Source: Solirubrobacteraceae bacterium (GTDB taxonomy: Bacteria > Actinomycetota > Thermoleophilia > Solirubrobacterales > Solirubrobacteraceae). From it: a stretch of DNA of 49,695 nt. The notes below the pieces were generated by a model, which searched no databases, was not told where the DNA came from, and worked only from the letters and a program-made list of their open reading frames with translations. Shown here piece after piece: positions 17,440 through 27,022 of the stretch (position 1 is the first letter of the stretch; every line of letters begins with the position of its first letter). Where the stretch lies: NCBI GenBank assembly GCA_036402735.1, contig DASWSH010000212.1, positions 1 to 49,695 on the forward strand, written 5' to 3'. Position numbers and translations under genes: made by a program.

Positions 17440-17967
17440 ATGGCGCTCAAGACTTCGACTGGAGCCGACTCCCGCGATGACGTCGCGGAAGAGCTGACCG
17501 AGCTCGTCGTGCTGCTCCCGAGCACCCTCCACGACCTGCGCAGTGCGCCGCCTTCGCCGATGCCGATGCGCGAGGCGATGGAACGCTCAGGGCTCGGAAA
17601 GCGCCATGCGACCGCGCTGCTGTCCGTCGCGGCCACCGAACCGATCAGCGTCAGCGAACTGGCGAGGCGCCTTGGGCTGCTGCTGTCGAGCACCAGCACC
17701 GTCGTGGGCGAGCTCAGCCGCGCGGGCATTCTTCAGCGCGAAGAGGACGAGGCAGACCGCCGGCGCACGCTCGTGCGCGTGCACTCCGACTATCGCGAGG
17801 CGATGGCCGCGTGGCTGGAGGCCGCGACGGAACCGCTGCGCAACACCCTGAAGCGCCTCTCGCCGCCGGCACGCGCGCACTTCATGGCGGGGTGGCGCAT
17901 CCTCAGCGAGGAAGCCGCCCGCAGCAGCTCCCCGCGCGAGGCCGATCCCGACTGCGACGACGTCTAG
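17440..17967 (+). CDS. MarR family transcriptional regulator
   Basis: ISVSELARRLGLLLSSTSTVVGELSRAGILQREEDEADRRRTLV; TAGCAT 7 nt before ATG 17440. Confidence 0.92.
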   Translation: MALKTSTGADSRDDVAEELTELVVLLPSTLHDLRSAPPSPMPMREAMERSGLGKRHATALLSVAATEPISVSELARRLGLLLSSTSTVVGELSRAGILQREEDEADRRRTLVRVHSDYREAMAAWLEAATEPLRNTLKRLSPPARAHFMAGWRILSEEAARSSSPREADPDCDDV

Positions 17968-17997
17968 CGGCCGGGCGGGTTCGCGGCCGCGGCACCC

Positions 17998-18870
17998 TCA
18001 CGCTGCCGGCACGAACCTCTGCACGAACCGGAGCGCGATCTCCGCGACCTCGCGCCAGCCGCTGTCGATCGTGAGCGCGTGGCCCCTCCCAGGGATCTCG
18101 GCGAGCTCGGTCACGCCGGGATTGCGCTGCTGGCGCTTGTATGCAGCGCGCGCAAGCGACCAGGGCACCTGATGATCCTTCTCGCCTGAGGCGATCAGCA
18201 GTGGCCCTCGATCGGGGTTCTCGGTGTCTACTTTCGCCTCGGTCCACGGGTTGATGTTCGCGGTCGAGGCCTGGAAGATCGGAGCCCCGGACCCCGGAAC
18301 CGCGAACGTGTCGTACAGCTCCCTCGCCTCCTTCTCGCTGACAGCGTTCGCGAACCCGTAGCGGAACTGCTCGAAGCTGAGCGGCACCGCGCGGTGGCTG
18401 TTCGCGGGGTTGCGAAGCACGCCGCTCGCCGACTTCAGCGCCGAGAACGGCAACGGCAGCACCCCTCGGAACGGCGCCGGGTCCAGCGCGACCGTCACCG
18501 CCGCTAGCCCGCGGCCCGCGATGATCTGCGCCAGCAGACCGCCGAACGAGTGGCCGATCACCGCGGGCTTCGTCTCGAGCGATTCGATCACCGTGCCGTA
18601 ACGATCGGCGATCTGCCCGATCTTCTTGCCGGCGAACACCTCCGGATCGGCGTGCGCCTGCTCGGTCGTCTCCGGGTCATCGGGCCAGCCCGGCTGCAGC
18701 GTCGCGTAGCCGGCCGCCGCGAAGAGCTCCGCCCAGCGGTCCCAGCTGGAGGACAGCAGCCACAACCCGTGAACGAAGACCACTGGTGTGAGGCCGCTCG
18801 CGTTCGCCTTGATGATCTCGTCGTTCTCGCGGGCGGTGATCGAGGTCAGGGCTTCTGGGGAGGTGCTCAC
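17998..18870 (-). CDS. Alpha/beta hydrolase (non-heme chloroperoxidase-like)
   Basis: VVFVHGLW, nucleophile GHSFGG, SGEKDH, GRGH. Confidence 0.92.
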   Translation of the reverse strand: MSTSPEALTSITARENDEIIKANASGLTPVVFVHGLWLLSSSWDRWAELFAAAGYATLQPGWPDDPETTEQAHADPEVFAGKKIGQIADRYGTVIESLETKPAVIGHSFGGLLAQIIAGRGLAAVTVALDPAPFRGVLPLPFSALKSASGVLRNPANSHRAVPLSFEQFRYGFANAVSEKEARELYDTFAVPGSGAPIFQASTANINPWTEAKVDTENPDRGPLLIASGEKDHQVPWSLARAAYKRQQRNPGVTELAEIPGRGHALTIDSGWREVAEIALRFVQRFVPAA

Positions 18871-18977
18871 AGGCTGCTCCTTTACGTTGCGGTCGTCGCA
18901 GCCTACGGTGTGTCGCCCTGCCGAGCTTCAAGTGGCCCAATCCGCCCATCGGCCGCAGGCGCCGCCGCCCAGGCGCC

Positions 18978-19874
18978 TTACACCGGCGCGGCGGGCTCGG
19001 CTTGAGAGGACGTGGTCTCCGAGGTGGGGACGGCTTGTCGGGCGAGCCGGATGAAGGCGCTGATCAGCTGGGAGCGACGCGTGGCCTCGGAGGCGAGGTA
19101 GACCTGGTCGGGCTCCGCGTCAAGGACGGGGATGTATACGACGTCTGGCCGGCTGTAGTACTGCGTCGCCGACAGGGGAAGCACGATGATGCCGTGTCCC
19201 GCTGCGACATGCTCGAGCTTTTCCTCGACGCTCCGCAGCGGGCGCTGGGGACCTGAGACGCCGGGCACCGGAGCGGGCTGCAGGTAGCGCAGGTGGCGCT
19301 CGCCGGCGAGGTCCGCGGTCAACAGGCCGGCTCGCTCGGCAAGCGGATGATCAGCTGGGAGCGCGGCGAGCCGGCGCTCGGCGAAGAGCGGCACGAGGCG
19401 CAGCCCGCGTTCGCGGATCGGCTGGCGGACGTAGGCGACGTCGACGCGTCCGCTGAGGATCAGCTCCTCTTGGTCGTCCCACTCCAGACGCTGCACCTCG
19501 ACGGTCACCTCGGGTCGCTCGGCACTGAGCGCGCGGACCGCGGGGGTCACGAGGATGCCGGCGCGGAACCCGACGACTAGATGGTTTACGCCACGGCCGG
19601 CGCGCTGCACCCGCCGGCGGGTGGCATCGGCGGTGGTGAGCAGCGGTCCGGCGTCATCAAGCAGCTGGCGCCCAGCCGGGGTCAGGATCACTGAGCGCTT
19701 GTCACGGATGAACAGCTGGATGCCGAGCTCGCGCTCGAGAGCACCGATCGAGCGGCTCAGCGCGGGCTGAGCGATGTGCAGCTGCTCAGCCGCCTTGCGG
19801 AAGTGCAAGTTCTCGGCGACCGCGACGAAGTAGCGGATCTTGCGGAGATCAACGTCCACGGACGGCATCCTCAC
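18978..19874 (-). CDS. LysR family transcriptional regulator
   Basis: RYFVAVAENLHFRKAAEQLHIAQPALSRSIGALERELG. Confidence 0.95.
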   Translation of the reverse strand: MRMPSVDVDLRKIRYFVAVAENLHFRKAAEQLHIAQPALSRSIGALERELGIQLFIRDKRSVILTPAGRQLLDDAGPLLTTADATRRRVQRAGRGVNHLVVGFRAGILVTPAVRALSAERPEVTVEVQRLEWDDQEELILSGRVDVAYVRQPIRERGLRLVPLFAERRLAALPADHPLAERAGLLTADLAGERHLRYLQPAPVPGVSGPQRPLRSVEEKLEHVAAGHGIIVLPLSATQYYSRPDVVYIPVLDAEPDQVYLASEATRRSQLISAFIRLARQAVPTSETTSSQAEPAAPV

Positions 19875-19876
19875 GG

Positions 19877-19895
19877 TGATGCCGTGACGGTATCA
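19877..19895. promoter_or_regulatory. LysR recognition box (T-N11-A dyad)
   Basis: TGATGCCG-tga-CGGTATCA next to the LysR start and upstream of the divergent SDRs. Confidence 0.7.
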
Positions 19896-19983
19896 GGAGC
19901 GCCGAAGGAGGTCTTGGACAGAGTGGGCCTCGACGCCCAACATGAAGATCCGAACTGCACACAACCACTATGAGGGAGCTCTC

Positions 19984-20712
19984 ATGCCAGACACCCAGAT
20001 GGAGTCTCAACGGATTGTGATCTTGGGCGGCACCTCTGGGATCGGCCTTGCCACAGCCGAGCGCGCCGCAGCCGATGGAGCGAGCGTGATCGTCGCGTCG
20101 AGCAGCGCGGAGCGGGTCGACGCAGCACTCGAGCGGCTGCCGGCCAGCGCCGAGGGCTACACCGTCAACGTTCGCGACCCGGAAGAGATCCGCGATCTCT
20201 TCAGCCGTTTGGGCAGCTTCGACCACCTTGCTTTCACCGCGGGTGAGACGCTGCAGATCGGCGCGATCGCCGACACGGACCTCGAGGCCGCGCGGCGCGC
20301 TCTCGACGTTCGCCTCTGGGGCGCCTACGCGGCGGTAAAGGACGCCGTCGCGCACTTGCGGCCGGGCGGGTCGATCGTCCTGAGCTCCGGCATCGCAGGA
20401 ACGCGCCCCGAGCGGAACTGGACGGTCGCAGCGGCTGTCTGCGGCGCGCTGGACGCACTCACCCGTGCCCTGGCGGTCGAGCTCGCACCGATCCGCGTCA
20501 ACGCCGTCGTGCCCGGCGTGGTGCGCAGCGAGCTGTGGCGAGAGATGAGCGAGGAGGACCGCTCGGCGATGTACGACTCCGTGTCAGAGGCACTGCCGGT
20601 CGGACGCGTAGGTGAGGTCAGCGACATCGCGGAGACCTTCCTCTACCTGATGCGCAACGGCTACAGCAGCGGCACGCTCGTCACCGTGGACGGCGGCTCG
20701 GTGCTCGTCTGA
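19984..20712 (+). CDS. Short-chain dehydrogenase/reductase
   Basis: ILGGTSGIG, AVELAPIRVNAVVPG, TVDGG; GGGAG SD before ATG 19984. Confidence 0.92.
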   Translation: MPDTQMESQRIVILGGTSGIGLATAERAAADGASVIVASSSAERVDAALERLPASAEGYTVNVRDPEEIRDLFSRLGSFDHLAFTAGETLQIGAIADTDLEAARRALDVRLWGAYAAVKDAVAHLRPGGSIVLSSGIAGTRPERNWTVAAAVCGALDALTRALAVELAPIRVNAVVPGVVRSELWREMSEEDRSAMYDSVSEALPVGRVGEVSDIAETFLYLMRNGYSSGTLVTVDGGSVLV

Positions 20713-21488
20713 TGTCCAAGGCGCTGATCACAGGCTCAGCCGACGGGCTCGGCCAGGAGGCGGCCAAGCAGCTCGTCCGCGCGGGCCACGAAGTGGTGCT
20801 GCACGCCCGCGACGAGGCGCGCGCACGACAGGCGTTGGCAGGCGTCCCGGGGGCGGCCGCCGCACTCCCCGGCGAGCTCTCCTCGATCGCGAGCACCCGA
20901 GCGCTGGCCGACCTGATCAACACCGCGGGCGCCTTCGACGCGATCATCCACAACGCCGGTATCGGCTACCGCGAGAGGAGCCGGCGCGAGACCGAGGACG
21001 GCCTGGAGCACATCTTTCAGACCAACGTCCTGGCGCCCTACCTGCTGACCGCGCTCGTGAACCGCCCCGCGCGGCTGATCTACCTCAGCTCGGGCCTGCA
21101 CACCTCAGGCGATCCGGGCCTCGCTGATCTGCAGTGGGAGCACCGGCGCTGGAACGGCTACCAGGCGTACTCCGACTCCAAGCTCCTCGACACGGTGCTC
21201 GCCGCCGCGGTCGCTCGCCGCTGGCCGGATGTCCTCAGCAACTCCGTGGACCCCGGCTGGGTGCGAACGAAGATGGGAGGATCGGGGGCGCCCGGGGAGA
21301 TCGGCCCCGGAGCCGAGACGCAGGTCTGGCTCGCCTCCAGCGACGACCCACTCGCTCGGCAGAGCGGCCGTCACTTCTACCATCGAGCACCACGCGAGAC
21401 GCACCCCGCCGTCGCCGACCGCGCCGTCCAAGACGGCCTGCTCGCCGCCTGCTGTGAGCTCACCGGCGAGGCGATCACCGGGCCCTGA
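20712..21488 (+). CDS. Short-chain dehydrogenase/reductase (ketoreductase-like)
   Basis: ITGSADGLG, HNAG, YSDSK catalytic motif, DPGWVRTKMG; TGATG coupling to the previous SDR. Confidence 0.92.
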   Translation: MSKALITGSADGLGQEAAKQLVRAGHEVVLHARDEARARQALAGVPGAAAALPGELSSIASTRALADLINTAGAFDAIIHNAGIGYRERSRRETEDGLEHIFQTNVLAPYLLTALVNRPARLIYLSSGLHTSGDPGLADLQWEHRRWNGYQAYSDSKLLDTVLAAAVARRWPDVLSNSVDPGWVRTKMGGSGAPGEIGPGAETQVWLASSDDPLARQSGRHFYHRAPRETHPAVADRAVQDGLLAACCELTGEAITGP

Positions 21489-21990
21489 CGATCGCCATCA
21501 GCAGGCTTTCGGTGTCGTGCCCTCCGCGATGCAGCAGCCCGTCGATGAAGAGCGTCGGCGTTCCGCCGACTTCGCCGGAGGCGACGCCGCTGTCCACGTC
21601 ACGGCGAACCCGCTCGAGGACGTGATCGGATACGCGATCTGCCTCGAAGCGCTCGACGTCGAGTCCCACCTGTGTGGCATACGCGCGCAGATCGATGCTC
21701 TCGAGCGCCTTCTGGCGGTGGAAGAGCAGGTCGTGCATCTCCCAGAACCGCTCCTGCAGCGCGGCGGCCTCGGCTGCCGCGGACGCTGCGAGGGCATGCG
21801 GGTGGACCTCTGTCAGCGGGAAGTGCCTGAAGGCGAACCGCACGCCGCTCTGCACCTGCTGCTCCACCTGCTGGATCGCCCGGAAGGCGGCGCGCGAGTA
21901 CGGGCACTCGTAGTCGCCGTACTCCAGGATCAGCGGGCGCTGCGCCGGCCCGCGAACGTGGTCCAGGCCCTCCTCGATCGCTGCGATCAT
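21475..21990 (-). CDS. DsbA/thioredoxin-fold protein (CxxS variant)
   Basis: EYGDYECPYS, FRHFPL, GTPTLFIDG. Confidence 0.9.
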   Translation of the reverse strand: MIAAIEEGLDHVRGPAQRPLILEYGDYECPYSRAAFRAIQQVEQQVQSGVRFAFRHFPLTEVHPHALAASAAAEAAALQERFWEMHDLLFHRQKALESIDLRAYATQVGLDVERFEADRVSDHVLERVRRDVDSGVASGEVGGTPTLFIDGLLHRGGHDTESLLMAIVRAR

Positions 21991-22038
21991 CCCGCTCGCC
22001 CGCCGCGCAGGCCGGGAAACGGCGAGGACACGGGTGGC

Positions 22039-22923
22039 TCAGCCGACGCGATCACGCCGCAGCGCCTGACCGAGGCAGTGCGCGCCGCCGCCGCCGAGCG
22101 TGAACATCGACAGGTCGGGTTCGAGCACCTCGAGGCCATGCGCGCGCATGCCGGCGTTGAGCGTGGTGGCGCCGCTGCCGGAGAGGACGCGTCCCGCGCC
22201 GAGCGACATCGCGTTCGCGCCCAGCAGGAACGCCTGCTCCTCCGGCACCGTGAGGAGCTCGAAGTTCTTGCTGCGCAGCCACTTGAGAAGGCCCGCAGGC
22301 ACCGCCTCCTCGCACACTGCCGCGAGCTTCTCGGCGAGCACCGCGACAAGCACGTCGATGTGCACGTAGCGCGAGGAGAACGGCTGCACCCGTGCCTCCC
22401 ACCCGTCCTCTTCGTAGAAGCGCGCCAGCTGGCGCGCGCCGGCCTCCTGGGTGCGCTCTTCGCCAAAGCCGATCAGCACGCAGCCCGGCTCGATGATCAT
22501 CACATCGCCGCCCTCGACGGCCGCGGCGGTGACCATCGCACGGATCGGGATCGCCCGCTCCTGCAGGAAGCGGATCACCGCGGCGTACTCGCCCCGGCGC
22601 CACCACTGGTGCGGCTGCAGCACGATCGAGCCGCGCTCGCAGCCGGCGCTCGAGTCGCGTGCGAACACCTGGTAGGGAAGCGCCTCGTCCGGCTCCAGGA
22701 AATGGCAGATCACATCGGCCTGCTCGTAGCATGCGACCAGCTCCGCGTGCTGAGCGCCGGCCAGCTCGGCGTCGAAACGTCGACCGGACTCGAGCGTCTG
22801 CTGTGAGATCGCGCTCGTCGCCCGCCAGCGGTAGTGCACCGGCGGACACAGCACCACGTCGCGCAACCGTCCGTACTCGGAGTCGACCCCCCATGGGGCC
22901 TCAGCAGCCGAACCGGAGCTCAT
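22039..22923 (-). CDS. Amidinotransferase/dimethylargininase family protein
   Basis: VDSEYGRL, VFARD, EGGD, HID, GGAHC catalytic motifs. Confidence 0.9.
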   Translation of the reverse strand: MSSGSAAEAPWGVDSEYGRLRDVVLCPPVHYRWRATSAISQQTLESGRRFDAELAGAQHAELVACYEQADVICHFLEPDEALPYQVFARDSSAGCERGSIVLQPHQWWRRGEYAAVIRFLQERAIPIRAMVTAAAVEGGDVMIIEPGCVLIGFGEERTQEAGARQLARFYEEDGWEARVQPFSSRYVHIDVLVAVLAEKLAAVCEEAVPAGLLKWLRSKNFELLTVPEEQAFLLGANAMSLGAGRVLSGSGATTLNAGMRAHGLEVLEPDLSMFTLGGGGAHCLGQALRRDRVG

Positions 22924-22956
22924 CGAGCCGCAACCTAGATCGTCTGAGAATCGATG

Positions 22957-23637
22957 TCAAAGCTTCCCGCCTGCACGCATGATCGCCTCCGGCCTGAGCA
23001 GCTGCAGCGAGGGCAGCACCAGCTCCGCCAGCTCCAGCGCGTCGGCGCTGGGAGGAAACTGGCGGTTGGGCACCGCGATCACGCGCAGCCCCGCCGCCGC
23101 TGCCGCTCGCAGCCCATTGGCTGAGTCCTCGACGGCGACCGCTGCGCCCGCACGCACCCCGAGCGCGTCGACGGCGGCCAGATACACGTCCGGCGCCGGC
23201 TTGCCCCGCGCGACTTCTTCGCTCGAGACCGTCACCGCGAAGCGCTCGTCCAGGCCCGCGAGCCGCAGCACCTCGTCGATCACCACGCGGTTCGACGAGG
23301 AGGCGAGCCCGAGCGGCCACACCGCAGCGAGCGCCTCGACGGCCTGCACCGCTCCTGGCAGCAGCGGCAACGAACGGCGGTATTCCTCCAGCACCCTCGC
23401 GACGACCAGCTGCTCGATCTCCTGCGGCGCCAGGTCGACCGCCAGCTTCTCGTGCACGTAGCGTGACCACTCGGGCGAGCTCATCCCCAGCATCTCGCGT
23501 GTCGCGGACTCGCGCCACCGCCCGCCGTGCTCGGCCGCGACGGCGCGGCGCGCCGCATCCCAAACCTGCTCGGACTCGATCAGAACGCCATCGAGGTCGA
23601 ACACGACCGCCGCCGTGAGAGGAGATGTGACAGTCAA
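22957..23637 (-). CDS. HAD-superfamily phosphatase
   Basis: FDLDGVL, LASSS, KPAPDVY, VEDSANG. Confidence 0.92.
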   Translation of the reverse strand: MTVTSPLTAAVVFDLDGVLIESEQVWDAARRAVAAEHGGRWRESATREMLGMSSPEWSRYVHEKLAVDLAPQEIEQLVVARVLEEYRRSLPLLPGAVQAVEALAAVWPLGLASSSNRVVIDEVLRLAGLDERFAVTVSSEEVARGKPAPDVYLAAVDALGVRAGAAVAVEDSANGLRAAAAAGLRVIAVPNRQFPPSADALELAELVLPSLQLLRPEAIMRAGGKL

Positions 23638-23663
23638 GGGGATCGTCCGTAAGCTTGACCACG

Positions 23664-24290
23664 ATGGCGGCGCGGCCTTCCGCGGGCACGAGGTTGTCGA
23701 AGAGCGAGCACAGAGCGCAGCCGTGGCGCATCCACGAGCTCACCCGTGACTTCCGGATCGAGGACGTGTGGGCACTGCCGGCGCAGGGCGGCGCCGAGGA
23801 CTTCCCCGCGCTGGTTTCGCTGGTCGCGGCCGGCGATCCGGAACGCACCTCCTCGCTGCCGGCGCGCGCGCTGTGGTCGATTCGCTGGAAGCTCGGCGCC
23901 CTGTTCGGCTGGGACGAGCAGGACAGCGGGATCGGCGCGCGCGTGGCGAGCCTGCGCGAGCGTCTGCCGGCGGATCTGCGCGACACGCCCTGCGGCCCGA
24001 GCCCGGAGCGTCTGCCCTTCGCTCCGCTGTACCTGCTCGACCGCGAGTGGGCGGCCGAGATCGCGAACCGCACGATGCACGGCGTCATGCATCTCGGCTG
24101 GGTAGCCGACGGCGAGGGCCGTTACCGCGGCCAGATGACCGTCCTGGTTCGGCCGAACGGCCTGCTCGGCGAGCTGTACATGACCGCGATCAGGCCGTTT
24201 CGCCATCTGATCGTCTACCCGGCGATGATGCGCATGCTCGAGCGGCGCTGGGCCGGGCGCGAGCAGGCCGTCAGCTCGCGCTCGGCGTAG
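23664..24290 (+). CDS. DUF2867 domain-containing protein
   Basis: PWRIHELTRDFRIEDVW..EIANRTMHGVMHLGW..YMTAIRPFRHLIVYP. Confidence 0.8.
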   Translation: MAARPSAGTRLSKSEHRAQPWRIHELTRDFRIEDVWALPAQGGAEDFPALVSLVAAGDPERTSSLPARALWSIRWKLGALFGWDEQDSGIGARVASLRERLPADLRDTPCGPSPERLPFAPLYLLDREWAAEIANRTMHGVMHLGWVADGEGRYRGQMTVLVRPNGLLGELYMTAIRPFRHLIVYPAMMRMLERRWAGREQAVSSRSA

Positions 24291-25569
24291 CCGCCAGCGG
24301 CATCGGCTCGAGCAGCCGCTCATACGCCTGCGCGAGGCTTGCCGCTGCCTCGGACCACGTTGGCAGGCTGTCGCCGAATGCGCGCGCCGCGCGGCCGAGC
24401 CGCCGCCGCTCCTGCTGCGAGTCGAGCAGCCGCACGACGGCGTCGGCCAGCTGCTGCGGGTGCTCGGCGACCCGTACGGCCCCGCCGCGGGCGCCCTCGA
24501 GGCCCTGCAGCCCGACGGCCGTTGTGACGATCGCACAGCCCTGTCGCAGCGCCTCGATCAGTTTCACCTTCACGCCGCCGCCGACGCGCAGCGGAAAGAC
24601 GACGACGGTCGCTCGACGCAGATACGGCTCGACGTCGGGCACCAGGCCCGTCACGGTCACGTTCGGTGCCAGCACGGCCGCGGCTCGCAGCTTGGGCGGC
24701 GGTGCGGCGCCGACAAACAGCAAGTGCGCGTCGGGGTTCGCCGCGCGGATGCGCGGGAAGATCGCCTCGCACATGTGCAGAGCGGCATCGAGGTTCGGCT
24801 CGTAGGCGAAGTTGCCGACCTGCACGATCAGCGGTGCGCCACTGTCCGTCTGCGCGGGCACGGCCGGCGGCGAAGGCACGCGTGCGAGCGCCGTGCTGTG
24901 GTCCGCGCCGTCCGGCACCAGCGACACCTCAAGCGACGGGATCGCTTCGAGCATCGTCTCGCGGTCGCGCTCGGTGACGGTGGCACATGCATCGGCGCGC
25001 CGCCACGCGCCGAGCTCGGCCTCACGCGTAGCGAGCATGCGGTGGCGCAGGCGCGTGCGGGCAAGCTCCTCCGCGGCTGACTGCATGCGCTGCTCCCAGA
25101 GCTGGTACTCGATGTTCTGCTCGACCAGCAGGACGGGCGCGCCGGCTCTGGGCGGGAGGTGCTGAGCGAGATAGAAGCCCTCCACGTGCACGAGGTCGAC
25201 CTCGCGGCCGCGGCCGAGGATCCTCGCGAGGTCACGGGTGGCGCGCTTGCAGCCGTGGCGGCTCACCTGCGGCGCCGCGGCGGCGCTGCTCGCATCGTCG
25301 GCCCGGTAGAGCGACACGTTGCGGCAGTAGCTGCGCGCCTCGTCGATGTGAAGACGGTCCTGCTCGATCGTCTTCGTGATCGCGACCAGGTCGATCGAGT
25401 AGCGCCGGGACAGGCGTCGGATCAGCTCGTACTCGCGGCGACGCCCCCCGCTGGCCGGCGAGAACGGCAGGTGACACGTGACCCAGAGGACGTTGTGCCG
25501 GCGCGGCTGTCGTACTTCGCGCACAGCAACGCCGCGGCTGCCGCCGCGGCCGTTGGATCGACCGGACAA
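24271..25569 (-). CDS. Glycosyltransferase family 4
   Basis: LPFSPASGGRRR, GNFAYEPNLDA, PLRVGGGVKVKLIEAL. Confidence 0.9.
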   Translation of the reverse strand: MSGRSNGRGGSRGVAVREVRQPRRHNVLWVTCHLPFSPASGGRRREYELIRRLSRRYSIDLVAITKTIEQDRLHIDEARSYCRNVSLYRADDASSAAAAPQVSRHGCKRATRDLARILGRGREVDLVHVEGFYLAQHLPPRAGAPVLLVEQNIEYQLWEQRMQSAAEELARTRLRHRMLATREAELGAWRRADACATVTERDRETMLEAIPSLEVSLVPDGADHSTALARVPSPPAVPAQTDSGAPLIVQVGNFAYEPNLDAALHMCEAIFPRIRAANPDAHLLFVGAAPPPKLRAAAVLAPNVTVTGLVPDVEPYLRRATVVVFPLRVGGGVKVKLIEALRQGCAIVTTAVGLQGLEGARGGAVRVAEHPQQLADAVVRLLDSQQERRRLGRAARAFGDSLPTWSEAAASLAQAYERLLEPMPLAATPSAS

Positions 25570-25689
25570 CCCACCCTGCTTTCGTCTTGAGCGGCCGCGC
25601 GAGCGATCTCGAGGTCGGCGCGTCCTGGCTGCTTCGGGGCCCCTCGCATGGCTGTCGACCGCGCGGGTTGCCGGAACGTCAAGCTCGCT

Positions 25690-25715
25690 CTACCCGGGGC
25701 GCCGGCCGACAAACC
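25690..25715 (-). promoter_or_regulatory. sigmaF/sigmaB-type promoter for the GT4 gene
   Basis: GGTTT-N15-GGGTAG on the minus strand about 120 nt upstream of the start; fits the actinobacterial SigF/SigB GTTT-N15-17-GGGTA pattern. Confidence 0.7.
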
Positions 25716-25726
25716 GGCCGCGCAGC

Positions 25727-25755
25727 TTGACGGCTGCGGGGCGCCGGCCTACGCC
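25727..25755 (+). promoter_or_regulatory. Housekeeping-type leaderless promoter
   Basis: TTGACG-N17-TACGCC, 7 nt before GTG 25763. Confidence 0.45.
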
Positions 25756-25762
25756 ACCGTCA

Positions 25763-26113
25763 GTGGCCGTGAAGCTGAGCAGAACCGCATACCAGCACGC
25801 GCAGGAGCTGATCCGGTCGGGCAACCGCGTGCAGGACGCGCGCGATGAGTGGAGCGAGCATCAGCCGTCGGCGGATGCGGAGAACCGCTTCATCGAGGAG
25901 CACGGCTACACGGAGTTCGCGCGCTGGCACCTCGGCTTCGACGACGACAAGAAGGAGGGCACGAAGGCCCGCTACAAGTTCCCCTACGGCGACCTGCGCG
26001 ACGTGCACCGCTGCGCGGTGCTCTCGGCAGAGTCGCGCGCCGGCCAGTACGACTACGGCGACATCGAGATGGCCGCGGCGCACCTGCACGGCATGCTCGA
26101 GGCGGTCTCCTAG
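25763..26113 (+). CDS. Conserved hypothetical protein
   Basis: MAVKLSRTAYQHAQELI..WSEHQPSA..WHLG..YKFPYGD..VHRC..AESRAGQY; typical high-GC codon usage. Confidence 0.75.
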   Translation: MAVKLSRTAYQHAQELIRSGNRVQDARDEWSEHQPSADAENRFIEEHGYTEFARWHLGFDDDKKEGTKARYKFPYGDLRDVHRCAVLSAESRAGQYDYGDIEMAAAHLHGMLEAVS

Positions 26114-26115
26114 CG

Positions 26116-26928
26116 ATGGCCGAGTCGCAGCCGTCCGGCGTCGCAAGCGCCACGTCCTCCGCCTACGAGCAGTTCCTGCACGACGTGCAGGAGGCCGCCG
26201 ACACCGACCGTGGCGGAGCTGAGCGCGCCGCGCGCGCGGTCCTTCAGACGCTCGCCGAGCGGCTTTCGGCCGGCGAGGCCCGCGACCTGGCCGAGCGGCT
26301 CGCGCCGGAGATCGCGCCCTGGGTCGCCGGCGGCACGCGCGCGGAGCCGTTCGAGGCCGACGAGTTCCTTCGGCGTGTGGCCGAGCGCGAGCATGTCGAC
26401 ATCGAGACGGCCGAGCGGCACGCGCGCGCGGCGATCCTCGCGCTCAGCCGCGCCGTCGGGCCGGACGAGTTCGACGACATGGTCGCCGAGCTGCCGAAGA
26501 GCTTCGCGCCGCTGCTCGCGCGTGGCGAACGTGTCGAGGTGATGCCGGCGGAGGTCTTCATCAGGCGCGTCGCGCAGCGCGCCGCGCTCGGCGCGCAGGC
26601 CGCAGAGGCGACCACGGCGGCGGTGCTCGAGACACTCGGCGAACGCATCACGCGAGGCGAGGTGGAGGACCTGATCGCGCAACTCCCGCAACAGCTGCAC
26701 GAGCCGCTGCGACGCGGCGACCGGCGTTCCAGCGGCGCCGCCAGGCGCATGGACCTCGACGGCTTCGTTCGCGCTGTCGCCGAGCGCGAGGGCGTCGAGC
26801 CGCTCGTCGCGCGCGAGCACGCGCGCGCGGTGCTGGCGACGCTGCGCGAGGCGGTCACGCCGAAGGAGTGGTACGACCTGACCGCGCAGCTGCCCGCTGA
26901 ATTCGCCGCCGTTTCTGCCCGCCCCTGA
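26116..26928 (+). CDS. Tandem DUF2267 domain protein
   Basis: Two repeats of AVLxTLxERxxxGExxDL..FxRxVAERE..AxxHARA; starts 2 nt after the previous stop. Confidence 0.85.
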   Translation: MAESQPSGVASATSSAYEQFLHDVQEAADTDRGGAERAARAVLQTLAERLSAGEARDLAERLAPEIAPWVAGGTRAEPFEADEFLRRVAEREHVDIETAERHARAAILALSRAVGPDEFDDMVAELPKSFAPLLARGERVEVMPAEVFIRRVAQRAALGAQAAEATTAAVLETLGERITRGEVEDLIAQLPQQLHEPLRRGDRRSSGAARRMDLDGFVRAVAEREGVEPLVAREHARAVLATLREAVTPKEWYDLTAQLPAEFAAVSARP

Positions 26929-26946
26929 CGCTGCTCCTTCGACAGG

Positions 26947-26993
26947 GCCGCGACGAGGAGGGCCGGTCCGAACCGACCCATCCTCCTCGCGGC
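26947..26993. terminator. Hairpin between convergent genes
   Basis: GCCGCGA..GAGGAGG...CCTCCTCGCGGC. Confidence 0.4.
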
Positions 26994-27022
26994 GACCCGC
27001 CTCACCGGTGCCTCGGCTCGCC

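Noticed and set aside
21229-22806. 525-aa plus-strand ORF (and similar long Arg/Ala-rich ORFs at 15097, 31984, 36758, 41675, 47813)
   Set aside because: Stop-poor shadow frames of real high-GC genes, with no recognisable motifs.
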